Source: Candidatus Thalassarchaeaceae archaeon
GTDB lineage: Archaea > Thermoplasmatota > Poseidoniia > Poseidoniales > Thalassarchaeaceae
Assembly (NCBI GenBank): GCA_030747675.1
Contig: JASLKH010000035.1
Coordinates: forward strand, 6,943 to 70,942
DNA: 64,000 bases
Direction of reading: 5' to 3'
This document shows positions 19,827-29,944 of this stretch, one piece after another. The notes below the pieces were generated by a model. That model did not search any database and had not been told where the DNA came from. It was given only the letters and a program-made list of their open reading frames with translations. The position numbers were made by a program, and so were the translations under genes. Position 1 is the stretch's first letter, and each line of letters starts with the position of its first letter.

Positions 19827-20465
19827 TCAGAATCGACGCTTGCGATATTCGCGGGTGCAGTCGATTCCGGGGAATTGATCCTCTGATTCTCGATAAACTG
19901 TTTTCAAATTCTTAACAAAATTGTCATCATTGACGAGGAGAACAAAGTCACCGACCTCAGGGTCTTCTTCTGCATCCAGCCATCCGAGTACAATCTCCAT
20001 TGTCATTCGTGCACCTTCTCGGTGAGGATAAGCGAAAATCCCCATTGAGAGAGGGGGGCAAACCATAGTTTCAACTTTACCAATTTGGTTAACTTGTTCG
20101 AATAATGAAGCATAAGATTGAGCAATTAATTCCCGACGGCCTTCATCTTGGCTGGGCCGCCTACAATCGGGTCCGACCACGTGAATTAGATGCTCACAAG
20201 GTAAATTGAAACCTTTCGTGGTTACTGCGTGCCCAACGGGGCAGGGTTGAAGGTTCTGAGCGCGTTGTTTTTTTGCAATTTCAAGGCAAGCCGCCCTCAA
20301 TTCTTCTCCTGCCACATTATGCATTTTGGCATCTAATCCTTCACGGCCCGCAAGTCGGTTATTTGCACAAGTTACGCTGACTTGTGCCTCGTATTTTGTG
20401 AGGTCTCCTGCAATGACCCGCAATCGAGCATGACGGCAGTTGCGAGCGATGATTACCTCGGACAT
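19827..20465 (-). CDS. Macro-domain protein (ADP-ribose/O-acetyl-ADP-ribose binding, MacroD-like)
   Basis: Macro-fold motifs are present (VTCANNRLAGREGLDAKMHNVAG, CPPLSMGIFAYP). Confidence 0.7.
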   Translation of the reverse strand: MSEVIIARNCRHARLRVIAGDLTKYEAQVSVTCANNRLAGREGLDAKMHNVAGEELRAACLEIAKKQRAQNLQPCPVGHAVTTKGFNLPCEHLIHVVGPDCRRPSQDEGRRELIAQSYASLFEQVNQIGKVETMVCPPLSMGIFAYPHREGARMTMEIVLGWLDAEEDPEVGDFVLLVNDDNFVKNLKTVYRESEDQFPGIDCTREYRKRRF

Positions 20466-20592
20466 ACTTTATGCGAGAGGGGGCGGAGGGATTTATGTCA
20501 ATCGTCGAACCAATCTGGTGATTTAGACTAGACCATAAGTGTAGAGGCATTTCTCCGACATGGTGAAAAGTATGCGACAGGGGCGATAAGGT

Positions 20593-23500
20593 GTGCGTTC
20601 GCGAGTTTCTTACGCCCTCGTTCTGCTTTTCTTGTTGCAGATTTGGACTCCAGTATATTCAATCGAGCTTGATGCCCACTCTAGTGCGAGGCAATTTAAC
20701 GCCAATGATGCTTGGAATGAGACAACATTCCGAGATATTGCTGTGCTTGAACCGTTTTCACACCAATCATTTGCAGATTATAGCGATGTAGCCATAATCA
20801 TCAATAATCAAAGTGTGGAAAGTAAAATCATTGGAACTGCATTTGCACTATCCCGAAACATTCCTCCAGAGAGAATTTTACTATTGACGAATGAAAGCAC
20901 ACCATCGAGCGAAATTATCAATTCAAATCAATTTACAACATTCTTTGCCGATCCAATTTCCCAGATGATTAATACTCGAAACCTCACAAATTTGAACGTC
21001 CTAGTGACGACGAAGGGGGTCCCATTGGGCGTCAATGGTGGTACAAACTCACGGGCATCCTTTGATTCTGAATTGGCACTCATAAACGGACCTTATGCGT
21101 CATCTATCTTCGCTGATTTACATGTAAATTCAAACTATGGGTTGGCAGCTGGAAACGAAATGAAAGCCTTTGATCGAGACGAACAAGGATACTACCTTGT
21201 TAGCCGATTGACAGGATATGACGTAGAGACAGCATTAGGGTTAATTGCCAAAACCAACAACAGTATAGGGCAAAATGGTTTTTCCGTTCTCGATTTAGCC
21301 ACTAACCGAAATGGTTCGGGATATAAATGGTGGAATGATTTGCTATATACAACGAATGAGACTCTAACGAATATGGGATTCCCTGTACATTTCAATCAAA
21401 ATAGTACATTTGTTACCAATATGGAAAATGTCTCGATGTATGCTGCTTGGGGGAGTAACGATGGTTCTTGGGATGGCAATCACTTGGCGAATGCCGGATA
21501 CGATACATCGGATGGTAGTTGGTCTACGGGGTCGCGATATTGGGATGGAGTCGCTCCTTCACTTTCGCCAGGAGAACAATGGTGGTGGGCCCGACAAACT
21601 GATACTAAAAGGAATGGGAATGCGGCAATGGAAGGGCGCCTTGAAGATGCGGCATGTGGTGCCAATGATGCGGCGACAACTCATGGTTTACTTGCAGAAT
21701 ATTTCGACAACAATGGTATCACATACAATATCAGTACGATGGTCAATCTCTCAGGGCGTACCCCTGACTTCGTTCGTCATGAGCCGAATATTGATTGGCC
21801 ATCAACTCAAAATGCTTGGACTGGTTTGGATAGTCGGTTCCTTGAATATTGGAGTGCACGACATTCCGGAATTATCCACGTTCCAGCTGCCGGTAATTGG
21901 ACATTCTACTTGCGCAGTGATGATGGTTCAAAGCTGTGGATAGATGATGTGGAAATTGTTGACAACCAAGGTCACCATTCCATGCGAGAAATATCAGGTT
22001 CCGTTTGGTTAGATTCTGGAGAACATACATTGAGAACAGAATTTTTTGAACACGGAGGGTATGCAGGTTTAGAACTAAAATGGGAAGGCCCAGGGGTTTC
22101 CAAACAAACAGTTCCAACCAATGTATTGACTCGCGGAAGTAGTTTCCCAGTCCGTGAATCTAGTTTGATTCATCATTGGGAATTCGATGAAAGTAGTGGT
22201 GATATTGCAAACGATTCTGTCGGTTCAGCACACCTCAATTTCACAGGGACCAATGGGAATCAATGGCGGACCTGTGTACTGGGAAATTGCGCTTTTTTTG
22301 ATGGTATTGATGATGAAGCGAGAGTTGATGTCGCAGATTCAGTAACAGATTTTACCGTCAGTCTTTGGGTTCAAGCCAATCATTCAGGACAATCGATACA
22401 TGCCTCTGCCATCGCAGTCAACGATGTGGCTGGTGACGATGATTCCTTCCAGATTCAAACTGGAGGAGGTAACCCCGGAGATTGGGAGTTATACCACAAT
22501 AATTCGTACAGCTTCGGGACTGTCGACCCAACAGTATGGCAGCACCTCGTTACAACATTTGAGAATGACAGTGTCACACTCTACCTCGATGGTACAGAAA
22601 TCATCAGTCAAAATGTGCCAAACGGGACTGTAAATAGCATTGAAATTTACAAATTTGGTGTAAACCGCGCAGGAAATACTCATTTTGCAGGAGTCATAGA
22701 TGAGGTTCAAATTTGGGATTCAGCATTGACAAGTCAAGAAGTTGAGGACATACATGATGAAATTGTTTGGATTTGCCCTGGTTTCAATACTACCAACAAT
22801 TCAGTAACCTATGTCGAACAAACTGTCACCATCATGGAGTCTGGAGATTCTCTCGATGCCAATCATGCTTGGATACTAGATGGTTATTCGATGAGAGAAG
22901 GTTGGGTCGAAGGTGACTGGTGGTTGGAAGTTGAAGCGTACGATGTAAATGGTACTTCTCTCTCCATCAATGTGTCCGATCGTCGGTCCTTTTCAGATGA
23001 TTGGCAAAGTAGACAACTTCGCTTCCGCCCCGATATACAGGTGGCCAGTTTTTCTATCCGTCAAGTTGCAGAGTTTTCCGATGGGACTTACAATGGTTCT
23101 ATTTTCTTTGATACTTTGAAACTCTATCCAATTAGACCACATTTCACTTGGTTGAATGGGAGTATTGCTGAAACAGCAGTGAGTACTGGTGGGCGTACAT
23201 TCATGTTTAATTCCAGTTATGGACAAAGTTTGGTCGCCGACTTGCTCGAGGATGGTGTGTCGGGCGTCAAGGGTTATGTCTACGAGCCTTACCTTTCAGG
23301 AGTTTCCAATCCAGAGCAACTTCTCTCATGTTATGGAAATGGATTTACGATGTCAGAATGTTATGCTGCATCAAATGTCATGCTATCTTGGATGGGGACG
23401 GTCGTAGGAGATCCAAAGATGGCGGCATATTCGAACCGATTACATGATGTGAATATTTCAAACATCAGAGCCCCTGAAATTCTAAGCAAAGGTTTCAATG

Positions 23501-25734
23501 GTTCCGTGGAAGTTCTTCTAGAAAATTTAGCCCCAGCAGAAGCGATTGGACAAATTGAAGTTCGTGACAGACAAAACAATATTTTATTGGCCAACATTTC
23601 ATTGACAATACCTGGGGGAAATGAAATCGGTAGCCGGTTAATATTACCAGTAAATATTACCCCAATTCGAACTGGGTTTGTCGAATTACTAGTACGCTGG
23701 ATTCCCTCTGATACATCGTCTCCTGAACGAGTGACTACAAACAATCTAGGTATTTTGAATATTCAAATTAATGCTGTTCCTGAAATCACAGCAAGTAGTT
23801 GTTCTACAACACAAGTAACAAGAGGAGGCGTTGTAACTTGCGAGGTTCAAGTCGAAGACGACTTTGGAGTGATTCGTGGAAGCATGTTTTGGCAAATCAA
23901 TGCTACTACATCTTCAGCAAATTGGACCGAAGTTAATGCAGGGGGTTTGGCATCAGATACACGTTGGATAGCAAGCATAACTATCCCTGCAAATATTACT
24001 CTAGGGTATGTGGATTTACATTGGACTGTTTTTGATGCTCAAAACTTATCTGATGAAATTTGGATTGAGAACGCATTTTCCATTTCAGATGCGCAAGCAA
24101 CTTGGTATGGACCACATGTTCAGAATGTTGATCAATCACCATGGATAGGCATGAATAATCCACCATCCAATGCAATCGGTTGGATACGGGGGCAAACACA
24201 TATATTATCGGCATGCGTTGTCGATTTAGACCACAATATCGAACTTGATTTGCCAATATTTCGCGTCAATGGGGATGAACTCCCACCTTCGTCTATTTCA
24301 GGGGTGTCGGGTAGTCAAACATGTTACCAAACATTGTGGGCACCCCCTGCTGGTGGTTCTTTAGATTCAGTTCACATCACTTTGTATTCAAAAGGGATTG
24401 AATGGAATAACCGAACACTCACTCCAATTGATTTGCCCCCAACAGCTGAAATAATCGATGTCGAATATCTCAATGGAGCAAATGATGAAATCGAAATCAG
24501 AATAATCGATGAAGATGATCCCAGTGCTATCTTTGAATTCGATGCAATGATTACTTGGCCTGGTTTAGAAATTCAACAGGCAATTGATGGACCTGTAACT
24601 GCACCTGCAGGTTTGCAACAAGGAGAGGCAACCATCCATGCTATGATTACCAATGGAGATTGGACTAATCTCTCTTGGGAATGGGCCCGGAGCGTATACC
24701 TTTTACCACCAGTGATTTCCACACCTATCATATGCAAAGAAAGCACGATAGTAAATCACCTAACAAGGGGAGTTGGAGGTTCTTATGTATGGGTTGGTGT
24801 CTCCGATGGGCGGCCAATTGATACCGGCGAAATAGAATTTTCAACCGATTCAAATCAAAACTTGATTGTCTCCTTTCCAATTGTCGAAAAATTGACTCCC
24901 CCTCCAACGTGCACCCCAGGTTCAATTGAAACCACTGAATATTATAGATTGATGATTTCTGAGGAGGCTGTCAAAAGTAATTCTCTCGGCGAATCTGAAA
25001 TGCGTGTCATTTTACATGATATTGATGGGTATACTGGTTACTCTGATTTCAACAATATAGACATTAGGGGAGCTTCGCCGAAACTCAATTTTACACTAAT
25101 TCCATCAAACATTACATCTGGTAAAGAAACTACTCTTGTAGTGAAAGTCAATGATGCAGATGGAAATGAGGGTACCGAATGTTCAGTTCTGTTATCAAAT
25201 TCAGATGGAATTACACTAATTTCTGCTGTATATTATCCTGCTGAAAATGGAGAATGGAACAATACTTGGATTCCACCAGGGCGAGATGCTGGAAATTACA
25301 CATTGCAATTTGCGTGTCTAGATATTTCTGGATTGGATGCAAAGGAAGAAATTATCTTGCAAGTAGCCCAAGGTACTACTGTTCCAACAGGGGAAAATAA
25401 CACAGGTAAGTCAGCCGATTTGGAATCACAATTTTTGAGTACACAAATGATCATTGCGATTGTCATTCTGATTGCATTGTTTCTAATTGTATCAAGCTTA
25501 TTGTTTACAAAAAAGGATGGGGCTGAATTTGAAGATATTGAAGAGGAATTGAGCGAGGATGCTTGGTCACGAAATGCCGGAGAAGTAAGTGATGATATTC
25601 TTCTTGAAATGGCTGGTATTTCAAATGAAAAAAGTGATTTAATGAATGAATCAATTTCCGATTGGTCTGACAATGAACTTCTTGCTGCAGGTTGGACGCG
25701 GAAGCAAATTGATTCGTATCGAGAGGAAGAATAG
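20593..25734 (+). CDS. Giant surface protein (1713 aa) with PA14-like and LamG/ConA-like domains, a signal peptide, a C-terminal TM anchor and an acidic cytoplasmic tail
   Basis: The ORF has a GTG start and a signal peptide. A PA14-like segment is present (GLLAEYFDNNGI...WTFYLRSDDGSKLWIDD). A LamG-like segment is present (DFTVSLWVQANHSG...TLYLDGTEI). The TM helix MIIAIVILIALFLIVSSLLF precedes an acidic tail ending YREEE. Confidence 0.65.
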   Translation: MRSRVSYALVLLFLLQIWTPVYSIELDAHSSARQFNANDAWNETTFRDIAVLEPFSHQSFADYSDVAIIINNQSVESKIIGTAFALSRNIPPERILLLTNESTPSSEIINSNQFTTFFADPISQMINTRNLTNLNVLVTTKGVPLGVNGGTNSRASFDSELALINGPYASSIFADLHVNSNYGLAAGNEMKAFDRDEQGYYLVSRLTGYDVETALGLIAKTNNSIGQNGFSVLDLATNRNGSGYKWWNDLLYTTNETLTNMGFPVHFNQNSTFVTNMENVSMYAAWGSNDGSWDGNHLANAGYDTSDGSWSTGSRYWDGVAPSLSPGEQWWWARQTDTKRNGNAAMEGRLEDAACGANDAATTHGLLAEYFDNNGITYNISTMVNLSGRTPDFVRHEPNIDWPSTQNAWTGLDSRFLEYWSARHSGIIHVPAAGNWTFYLRSDDGSKLWIDDVEIVDNQGHHSMREISGSVWLDSGEHTLRTEFFEHGGYAGLELKWEGPGVSKQTVPTNVLTRGSSFPVRESSLIHHWEFDESSGDIANDSVGSAHLNFTGTNGNQWRTCVLGNCAFFDGIDDEARVDVADSVTDFTVSLWVQANHSGQSIHASAIAVNDVAGDDDSFQIQTGGGNPGDWELYHNNSYSFGTVDPTVWQHLVTTFENDSVTLYLDGTEIISQNVPNGTVNSIEIYKFGVNRAGNTHFAGVIDEVQIWDSALTSQEVEDIHDEIVWICPGFNTTNNSVTYVEQTVTIMESGDSLDANHAWILDGYSMREGWVEGDWWLEVEAYDVNGTSLSINVSDRRSFSDDWQSRQLRFRPDIQVASFSIRQVAEFSDGTYNGSIFFDTLKLYPIRPHFTWLNGSIAETAVSTGGRTFMFNSSYGQSLVADLLEDGVSGVKGYVYEPYLSGVSNPEQLLSCYGNGFTMSECYAASNVMLSWMGTVVGDPKMAAYSNRLHDVNISNIRAPEILSKGFNGSVEVLLENLAPAEAIGQIEVRDRQNNILLANISLTIPGGNEIGSRLILPVNITPIRTGFVELLVRWIPSDTSSPERVTTNNLGILNIQINAVPEITASSCSTTQVTRGGVVTCEVQVEDDFGVIRGSMFWQINATTSSANWTEVNAGGLASDTRWIASITIPANITLGYVDLHWTVFDAQNLSDEIWIENAFSISDAQATWYGPHVQNVDQSPWIGMNNPPSNAIGWIRGQTHILSACVVDLDHNIELDLPIFRVNGDELPPSSISGVSGSQTCYQTLWAPPAGGSLDSVHITLYSKGIEWNNRTLTPIDLPPTAEIIDVEYLNGANDEIEIRIIDEDDPSAIFEFDAMITWPGLEIQQAIDGPVTAPAGLQQGEATIHAMITNGDWTNLSWEWARSVYLLPPVISTPIICKESTIVNHLTRGVGGSYVWVGVSDGRPIDTGEIEFSTDSNQNLIVSFPIVEKLTPPPTCTPGSIETTEYYRLMISEEAVKSNSLGESEMRVILHDIDGYTGYSDFNNIDIRGASPKLNFTLIPSNITSGKETTLVVKVNDADGNEGTECSVLLSNSDGITLISAVYYPAENGEWNNTWIPPGRDAGNYTLQFACLDISGLDAKEEIILQVAQGTTVPTGENNTGKSADLESQFLSTQMIIAIVILIALFLIVSSLLFTKKDGAEFEDIEEELSEDAWSRNAGEVSDDILLEMAGISNEKSDLMNESISDWSDNELLAAGWTRKQIDSYREEE

Positions 25735-25768
25735 CAAATGTTTGAAGAATGATTACATCGTCATAGTG

Positions 25769-26011
25769 ATGATTCAGATGGCAATTGGATATGTTTTGAT
25801 CAATGTCAGCCCCGGAAAAGAGCTTGAAGTATACCAGATTGCAAGTAACATTGATGCAGTGAAAGATGCTACTCTTTTATTTGGTGATTACGACATCATT
25901 CTCAAATTGGAATCTGAAAGCTTAGGGGATATTGCAGGAGTGGTTGTAGAAAAGATTCGACAAATAGAAGGAGTAACTGAAACAAAAACTCTTGCTGGTG
26001 CTGATATTTGA
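25769..26011 (+). CDS. Stand-alone RAM domain (Lrp/AsnC C-terminal ligand-binding domain) protein
   Basis: The sequence (YVLINVSPGKELEVYQIASNIDAVKDATLLFGDYDIILKLESESLGD) has an AsnC C-terminal-like fold and no HTH. I trimmed the start from the track's 25646, which overlaps the giant gene, to the ATG at 25769. Confidence 0.5.
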   Translation: MIQMAIGYVLINVSPGKELEVYQIASNIDAVKDATLLFGDYDIILKLESESLGDIAGVVVEKIRQIEGVTETKTLAGADI

Positions 26012-26076
26012 AATTGTAAAATCGATACAAACCCATTACGAGATAAAGTTATACGGGGTTTGGTATTAGGAATTCC

Positions 26077-26400
26077 ATGGCAACATACTCACAGAGCAGA
26101 TTTTGGGCACTTTTCACATTCAAATGGCTACCAACCCTCATCTTCCCCAGTAAGATGTCTGTATCAACAAATACAGTGGAATTTTTCAAGCGTCGTGGAG
26201 TGATTCTTTTTTGGCTTGTTGACGAAGAGCGAATGTCTGGGAAACAGATTTCTTCCGTTCGCGTAAAGAAAGGTATTTTTTGGGATACTGTTTCTATTGA
26301 TACCACTGGTGGTTCTAATGTTCTTGAACTTAAGGGCATGAAGAAGAGTACATCAAATAAACTTCGGGACGAGATTCAGAACGTCATCATGAATCATTGA
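26077..26400 (+). CDS. Bacterial-PH (bPH_2/YdbS-like) domain membrane protein
   Basis: The N-terminus is hydrophobic. The C-terminal segment (ISSVRVKKGIFWDTVSIDTTGGSNVLELKGMKK) resembles the bPH_2 fold. The stop overlaps the next gene's start (ATGA). Confidence 0.4.
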   Translation: MATYSQSRFWALFTFKWLPTLIFPSKMSVSTNTVEFFKRRGVILFWLVDEERMSGKQISSVRVKKGIFWDTVSIDTTGGSNVLELKGMKKSTSNKLRDEIQNVIMNH

Positions 26401-26783
26401 TTCCCATGCAAGTCCAACCTTCTGGTATTGCGATACAAGATAGTGTCGTTGGAGGGGATCTCCATACAGGTAATGTCGTTCACAACCATTACCATTTAGT
26501 TCAAAAAAATCCTCGTGATGATGATGCCAAAATAATTCAACCAGTGGGCTGTGCATCATCAGGCCAATTAGAAGAAAGGCAATTATCGGATGCATATTTG
26601 CTTTGGTTTTTGTTCGGTTTGTTAGGTGGGCACAGATTTTATCTTAGAGATTTTACAGGTGGTTTTCTTTATTTCTTTACAATTGGATTTTTTGGAATAG
26701 GCTGGTTCGTAGATGCTTTTCGATTACCAAGCCTAGTCCAATCCTCTAACAATGATCTCAGTATCCAGTCCCATCACCCTTGA
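26397..26783 (+). CDS. TM2-domain protein
   Basis: A TM2-type double-helix segment is present (AYLLWFLFGLLGGHRFYLRDFTGGFLYFFTIGFFGIGWFVDAFRL). Confidence 0.6.
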   Translation: MIPMQVQPSGIAIQDSVVGGDLHTGNVVHNHYHLVQKNPRDDDAKIIQPVGCASSGQLEERQLSDAYLLWFLFGLLGGHRFYLRDFTGGFLYFFTIGFFGIGWFVDAFRLPSLVQSSNNDLSIQSHHP

Positions 26784-26795
26784 GTGAAAATGCGC

Positions 26796-26817
26796 TAGTT
26801 TTTCTTATTCCGTTTCC
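26796..26817 (+). terminator. T-rich archaeal-type terminator after the bPH-TM2 pair
   Basis: An oligo-T tract (TAGTTTTTCTTATTCCGTTTCC) lies immediately after the TM2 stop, followed by a short CCTCT/AGAGG hairpin. Confidence 0.3.
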
Positions 26818-26965
26818 AAAAAAACCTCTAAAAGAGGGGTTGCTCAGAAGTCAATGTACAGCAGTGGTAACCGAAAAAAACTACCAATTGGGGCGCAGTG
26901 ATGCGTTTTTTAGACGGAAACATTAAGACCCGTTGTAAAATCGTGCTAAGCAGAGGTGTAACCTC

Positions 26966-27235
26966 ATGGGAGAAAAGAAATACTTCGTCCTGATGAAGGG
27001 CGGTAAGGACACAAGCCAGGTCTTCGCAAGCCGACAACCACGTGGTGCGGCATTGAAGGCGGCCACTCGTGGCACAACAGACATACATCTGCGTGAGCGC
27101 GGTACAAAGCGCGTACACGTGTTTAACGGATGGACTGAAATGGTTGACCCTCCGGCATCTGCGCCGGCATGGCTCAAAGGCAAGGGTAAAATCAAGAAGG
27201 CTAACGTGAAGAAACTTCGCGTTGACCATCTCTGA
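26966..27235 (+). CDS. Chromosomal protein MC1 (archaeal non-histone chromatin protein)
   Basis: The 89-aa ORF resembles Methanosarcina-type MC1 (FVLMKGGKD..VFASRQPRGAALKAATRG...IHLRERGTKRVHVFNGWTEMVDPP). It is GC-rich and uses C/G-ending codons relative to its neighbours. GAGGTG lies before the ATG. Confidence 0.7.
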   Translation: MGEKKYFVLMKGGKDTSQVFASRQPRGAALKAATRGTTDIHLRERGTKRVHVFNGWTEMVDPPASAPAWLKGKGKIKKANVKKLRVDHL

Positions 27236-27287
27236 TCAATTAATGCGAACCTGACTTAATCAAACACAAGATGACACACGGGCTCGG

Positions 27288-27325
27288 ATGAGGCGTTAAT
27301 GCGCCTCATTCGAGTCTTTTTTTGT
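27288..27325 (+). terminator. Hairpin plus T-tract terminator downstream of MC1
   Basis: The stem ATGAGGCG/CGCCTCAT with loop TTAAT is followed by TCGAGTCTTTTTTTGTTT. Confidence 0.45.
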
Positions 27326-27343
27326 TTCAAATAGCCGATTTGA

Positions 27344-28114
27344 TTACTTCCGTAGCCCGAGTTTCTTTGCAATTATGGCAACTGGGTCGTAATATTCAGT
27401 GACTACGCGTTCCTTGAGGGGAATTATTGCATTGTCAGTGATGTTGATTCCAGCTGGACAAACTTCAGTACAGCAACGTGTAATATTGCAATATCCCAAA
27501 CCATAGTCATCCTTAATCATACTAATTCTGTCATCTTCATCCATTGGATGCATCTCAAGATTCGCAAGTCGGACGAAGAATCTAGGGCCTGCAAATTCAT
27601 CGAATAATTGGTGCTCTCGCATTACGTGGCATGTGTTGACACAAAGCATGCATTCGATACATGCTCTGAATTCCTGCACTCGATCCGCTTCATTTTGATT
27701 GAATGCCCAATCCATTTCTTCTGGCCCCTTCAATGGAGGGATTGTTTTGTTGAGGTCGTACGCCCATCCAATATCAGTCACCAAATCCTTCGTTAGAGGG
27801 AATGCCTGCATTGGTTTGACAACAACAGGTTGACCTTCAGGAGTTTCCTCCATGATATCTTCCATCCTTGTCATACACATTAGACGGGGTTTTCCGTTGA
27901 CTTCAGCACCACAAGAACCACACTTTCCAGCCTTACAATTCCATCTACAAGACATATCAGGAGCATGTTCAGCTTGGATGCTATGAATGACATCTAGTAC
28001 GACCATCCCTTCATCCATGTCAACAGTGTAGTCTACCATCTGCCCCGTTGGAACACCATCTTCGTTTGGCTCACCTCGGAAGACTCGGAAAGTAACATCT
28101 TCAGTCATTTTCAC
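27344..28114 (-). CDS. sdhB: Succinate dehydrogenase/fumarate reductase iron-sulfur subunit
   Basis: All three cluster motifs are present: 2Fe-2S (CRWNCKAGKCGSCG), 4Fe-4S (CIECMLCVNTC) and 3Fe-4S (CTEVCP). Confidence 0.85.
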   Translation of the reverse strand: MKMTEDVTFRVFRGEPNEDGVPTGQMVDYTVDMDEGMVVLDVIHSIQAEHAPDMSCRWNCKAGKCGSCGAEVNGKPRLMCMTRMEDIMEETPEGQPVVVKPMQAFPLTKDLVTDIGWAYDLNKTIPPLKGPEEMDWAFNQNEADRVQEFRACIECMLCVNTCHVMREHQLFDEFAGPRFFVRLANLEMHPMDEDDRISMIKDDYGLGYCNITRCCTEVCPAGINITDNAIIPLKERVVTEYYDPVAIIAKKLGLRK

Positions 28115-29943
28115 TCCTCCTCATGCAAGTCTGCCGCATCAAGCAATTTCTTTAGTCGTTCAGGAATTGGTGGATACGAGACGTGTGATAGATTCATCTC
28201 ACCGTTATCATCCATCACAATCACACTGTTGATATTACCCCACTTTCCATGGTCTGGAACTGGGAAATCAAGTCGTGTGTGCCCCCCCCTACTTTCTTCA
28301 CGAGACAGTGCTGCCATAGCACACATCTTGCTGATGTCAATCATTGCTCCAATTTCTAATGCCTGATGCCAGCCAGGGTTGTAAATTCTAGTGCCGCCTG
28401 GAGATGTACTGATTTCTCGATCTCTAAAACTCTCCAACTCTACAAGTGCTTCCTGAAGTTGCCCACCATCGCGAATAATTCCCACCTTCAATTGCATCAA
28501 TTCGCGCAGATCTTGGACTACCTTTGCTGGGTTTTCTCCACCTTTTCTTTTCAGTGGGGCAAGAGTTTGTTCAATTGCCTCATTAATTTCCTTAGAATCT
28601 ATGTCTAGATACTCTTTGATTTCAACAGCAGCAGCAGCAGCATATTCACCAGCTCGCTTTCCAAATGTTATGAGATCTGACAATGAATTTCCACCAAGTC
28701 GATTTGCACCATGCAAACCTGTGGCAGCTTCACCTGCGGCATAAAGACCCGGGATTGTAGACTCCTGTGTTTCAGGATTTACTTTGACTCCCCCCATCAC
28801 ATAATGTGCAGTCGGACCCACTTCCATTGGTTCCTTGGTAATATCCACTGCTGCAAGTTCCATGAATTGATGATACATTCCTGGTAATTTCTTCTTAACC
28901 TGTTCTTCAGGTCTCCAAGAAATGTTGAGATATGCACCTCCATGAATGGATGCTCGTCCTGCTTCTCTTTCAGAATTAATCGCTTTTGCCACCACGTCGC
29001 GAGTTAACAATTCAGGGGGGCGGCGGGCTGTTGGAGTTTCATCCGCAACAATAGACTGTACCCAATCCATCGCTTCTGCTTCTGTATCTGCAAACTCCTC
29101 GCGATACATTTCAGGGACATAATCAAACATGAAACGCTTGCCTTCAGAATTAGTCAGCATTCCACCTTCTCCCCGTACACCCTCAGTAACCAGAATTCCT
29201 TTCACCGATGGTGGCCATATCATTCCAGTTGGATGAAATTGAACAAATTCCATATCGCCCATCTCTGCTCCAGCCCAATATGCTAGAGCATGCCCTTCTC
29301 CGGTATATTCCCACGAACCAGAGCAGACTGCCCAGCACCGAGTAATTCCACCTGTTGCAAGAATTGTTGTTTTTGCCTTGAATACATGGAGGGAGCCATC
29401 AACGCGATTATAGGCAAAACAACCTGACAAACGGCCGTTTGTTTTGAATAAGTGACGTACAGTATATTCCATAAAAACCTCCATCCCAGTATGGATTCCA
29501 CGTTCTTGTAATGTTCGAATCAACTCGAGACCAGTTGCATCTCCAATATGTGCTAATCTTGGATAAGTATGCCCTCCAAAATTTCGTTGATTGGTTAGTC
29601 CACTGGGTGTTCGATCAAATATAGCACCCCATTGCTCAAGTTCTCTAATCCGATCTGGTGATTCCTTGGCATGGTATTCAGCCATCCTCCAGTCTCCAAG
29701 ATATTTCCCTCCCTTCATCGTATCTCGGAAATGAGTTTCCCATGAATCTCGCGGATCTTTGTTCCCTAAGGCTGCCGCAGCCCCTCCTTCTGCCATTACT
29801 GTGTGTGCCTTCCCCAGCATGGATTTACAAATCACTGCCACAGATGCGCCTTTTTTTGTAGCTTCAATCGCAGCACGTAGACCTGCTCCTCCAGCACCTA
29901 TGACAACAACATCGTACTCATGGGTTGTATACTTCTCACTCAT
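28111..29943 (-). CDS. sdhA: Succinate dehydrogenase/fumarate reductase flavoprotein subunit
   Basis: The ORF starts with an FAD-binding Rossmann motif (VVVIGAGGAGLRAA) and is 610 aa. It overlaps sdhB by 4 nt. Its C-terminus is the unusual DLHEEE. Confidence 0.9.
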   Translation of the reverse strand: MSEKYTTHEYDVVVIGAGGAGLRAAIEATKKGASVAVICKSMLGKAHTVMAEGGAAAALGNKDPRDSWETHFRDTMKGGKYLGDWRMAEYHAKESPDRIRELEQWGAIFDRTPSGLTNQRNFGGHTYPRLAHIGDATGLELIRTLQERGIHTGMEVFMEYTVRHLFKTNGRLSGCFAYNRVDGSLHVFKAKTTILATGGITRCWAVCSGSWEYTGEGHALAYWAGAEMGDMEFVQFHPTGMIWPPSVKGILVTEGVRGEGGMLTNSEGKRFMFDYVPEMYREEFADTEAEAMDWVQSIVADETPTARRPPELLTRDVVAKAINSEREAGRASIHGGAYLNISWRPEEQVKKKLPGMYHQFMELAAVDITKEPMEVGPTAHYVMGGVKVNPETQESTIPGLYAAGEAATGLHGANRLGGNSLSDLITFGKRAGEYAAAAAVEIKEYLDIDSKEINEAIEQTLAPLKRKGGENPAKVVQDLRELMQLKVGIIRDGGQLQEALVELESFRDREISTSPGGTRIYNPGWHQALEIGAMIDISKMCAMAALSREESRGGHTRLDFPVPDHGKWGNINSVIVMDDNGEMNLSHVSYPPIPERLKKLLDAADLHEEE

Positions 29944-29944
29944 T

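Noticed and set aside
26828-27229. Minus-strand ORFs antisense to the MC1 gene
   Set aside because: The plus-strand product matches chromosomal protein MC1 closely. The antisense ORFs arise from GC-rich codon bias.
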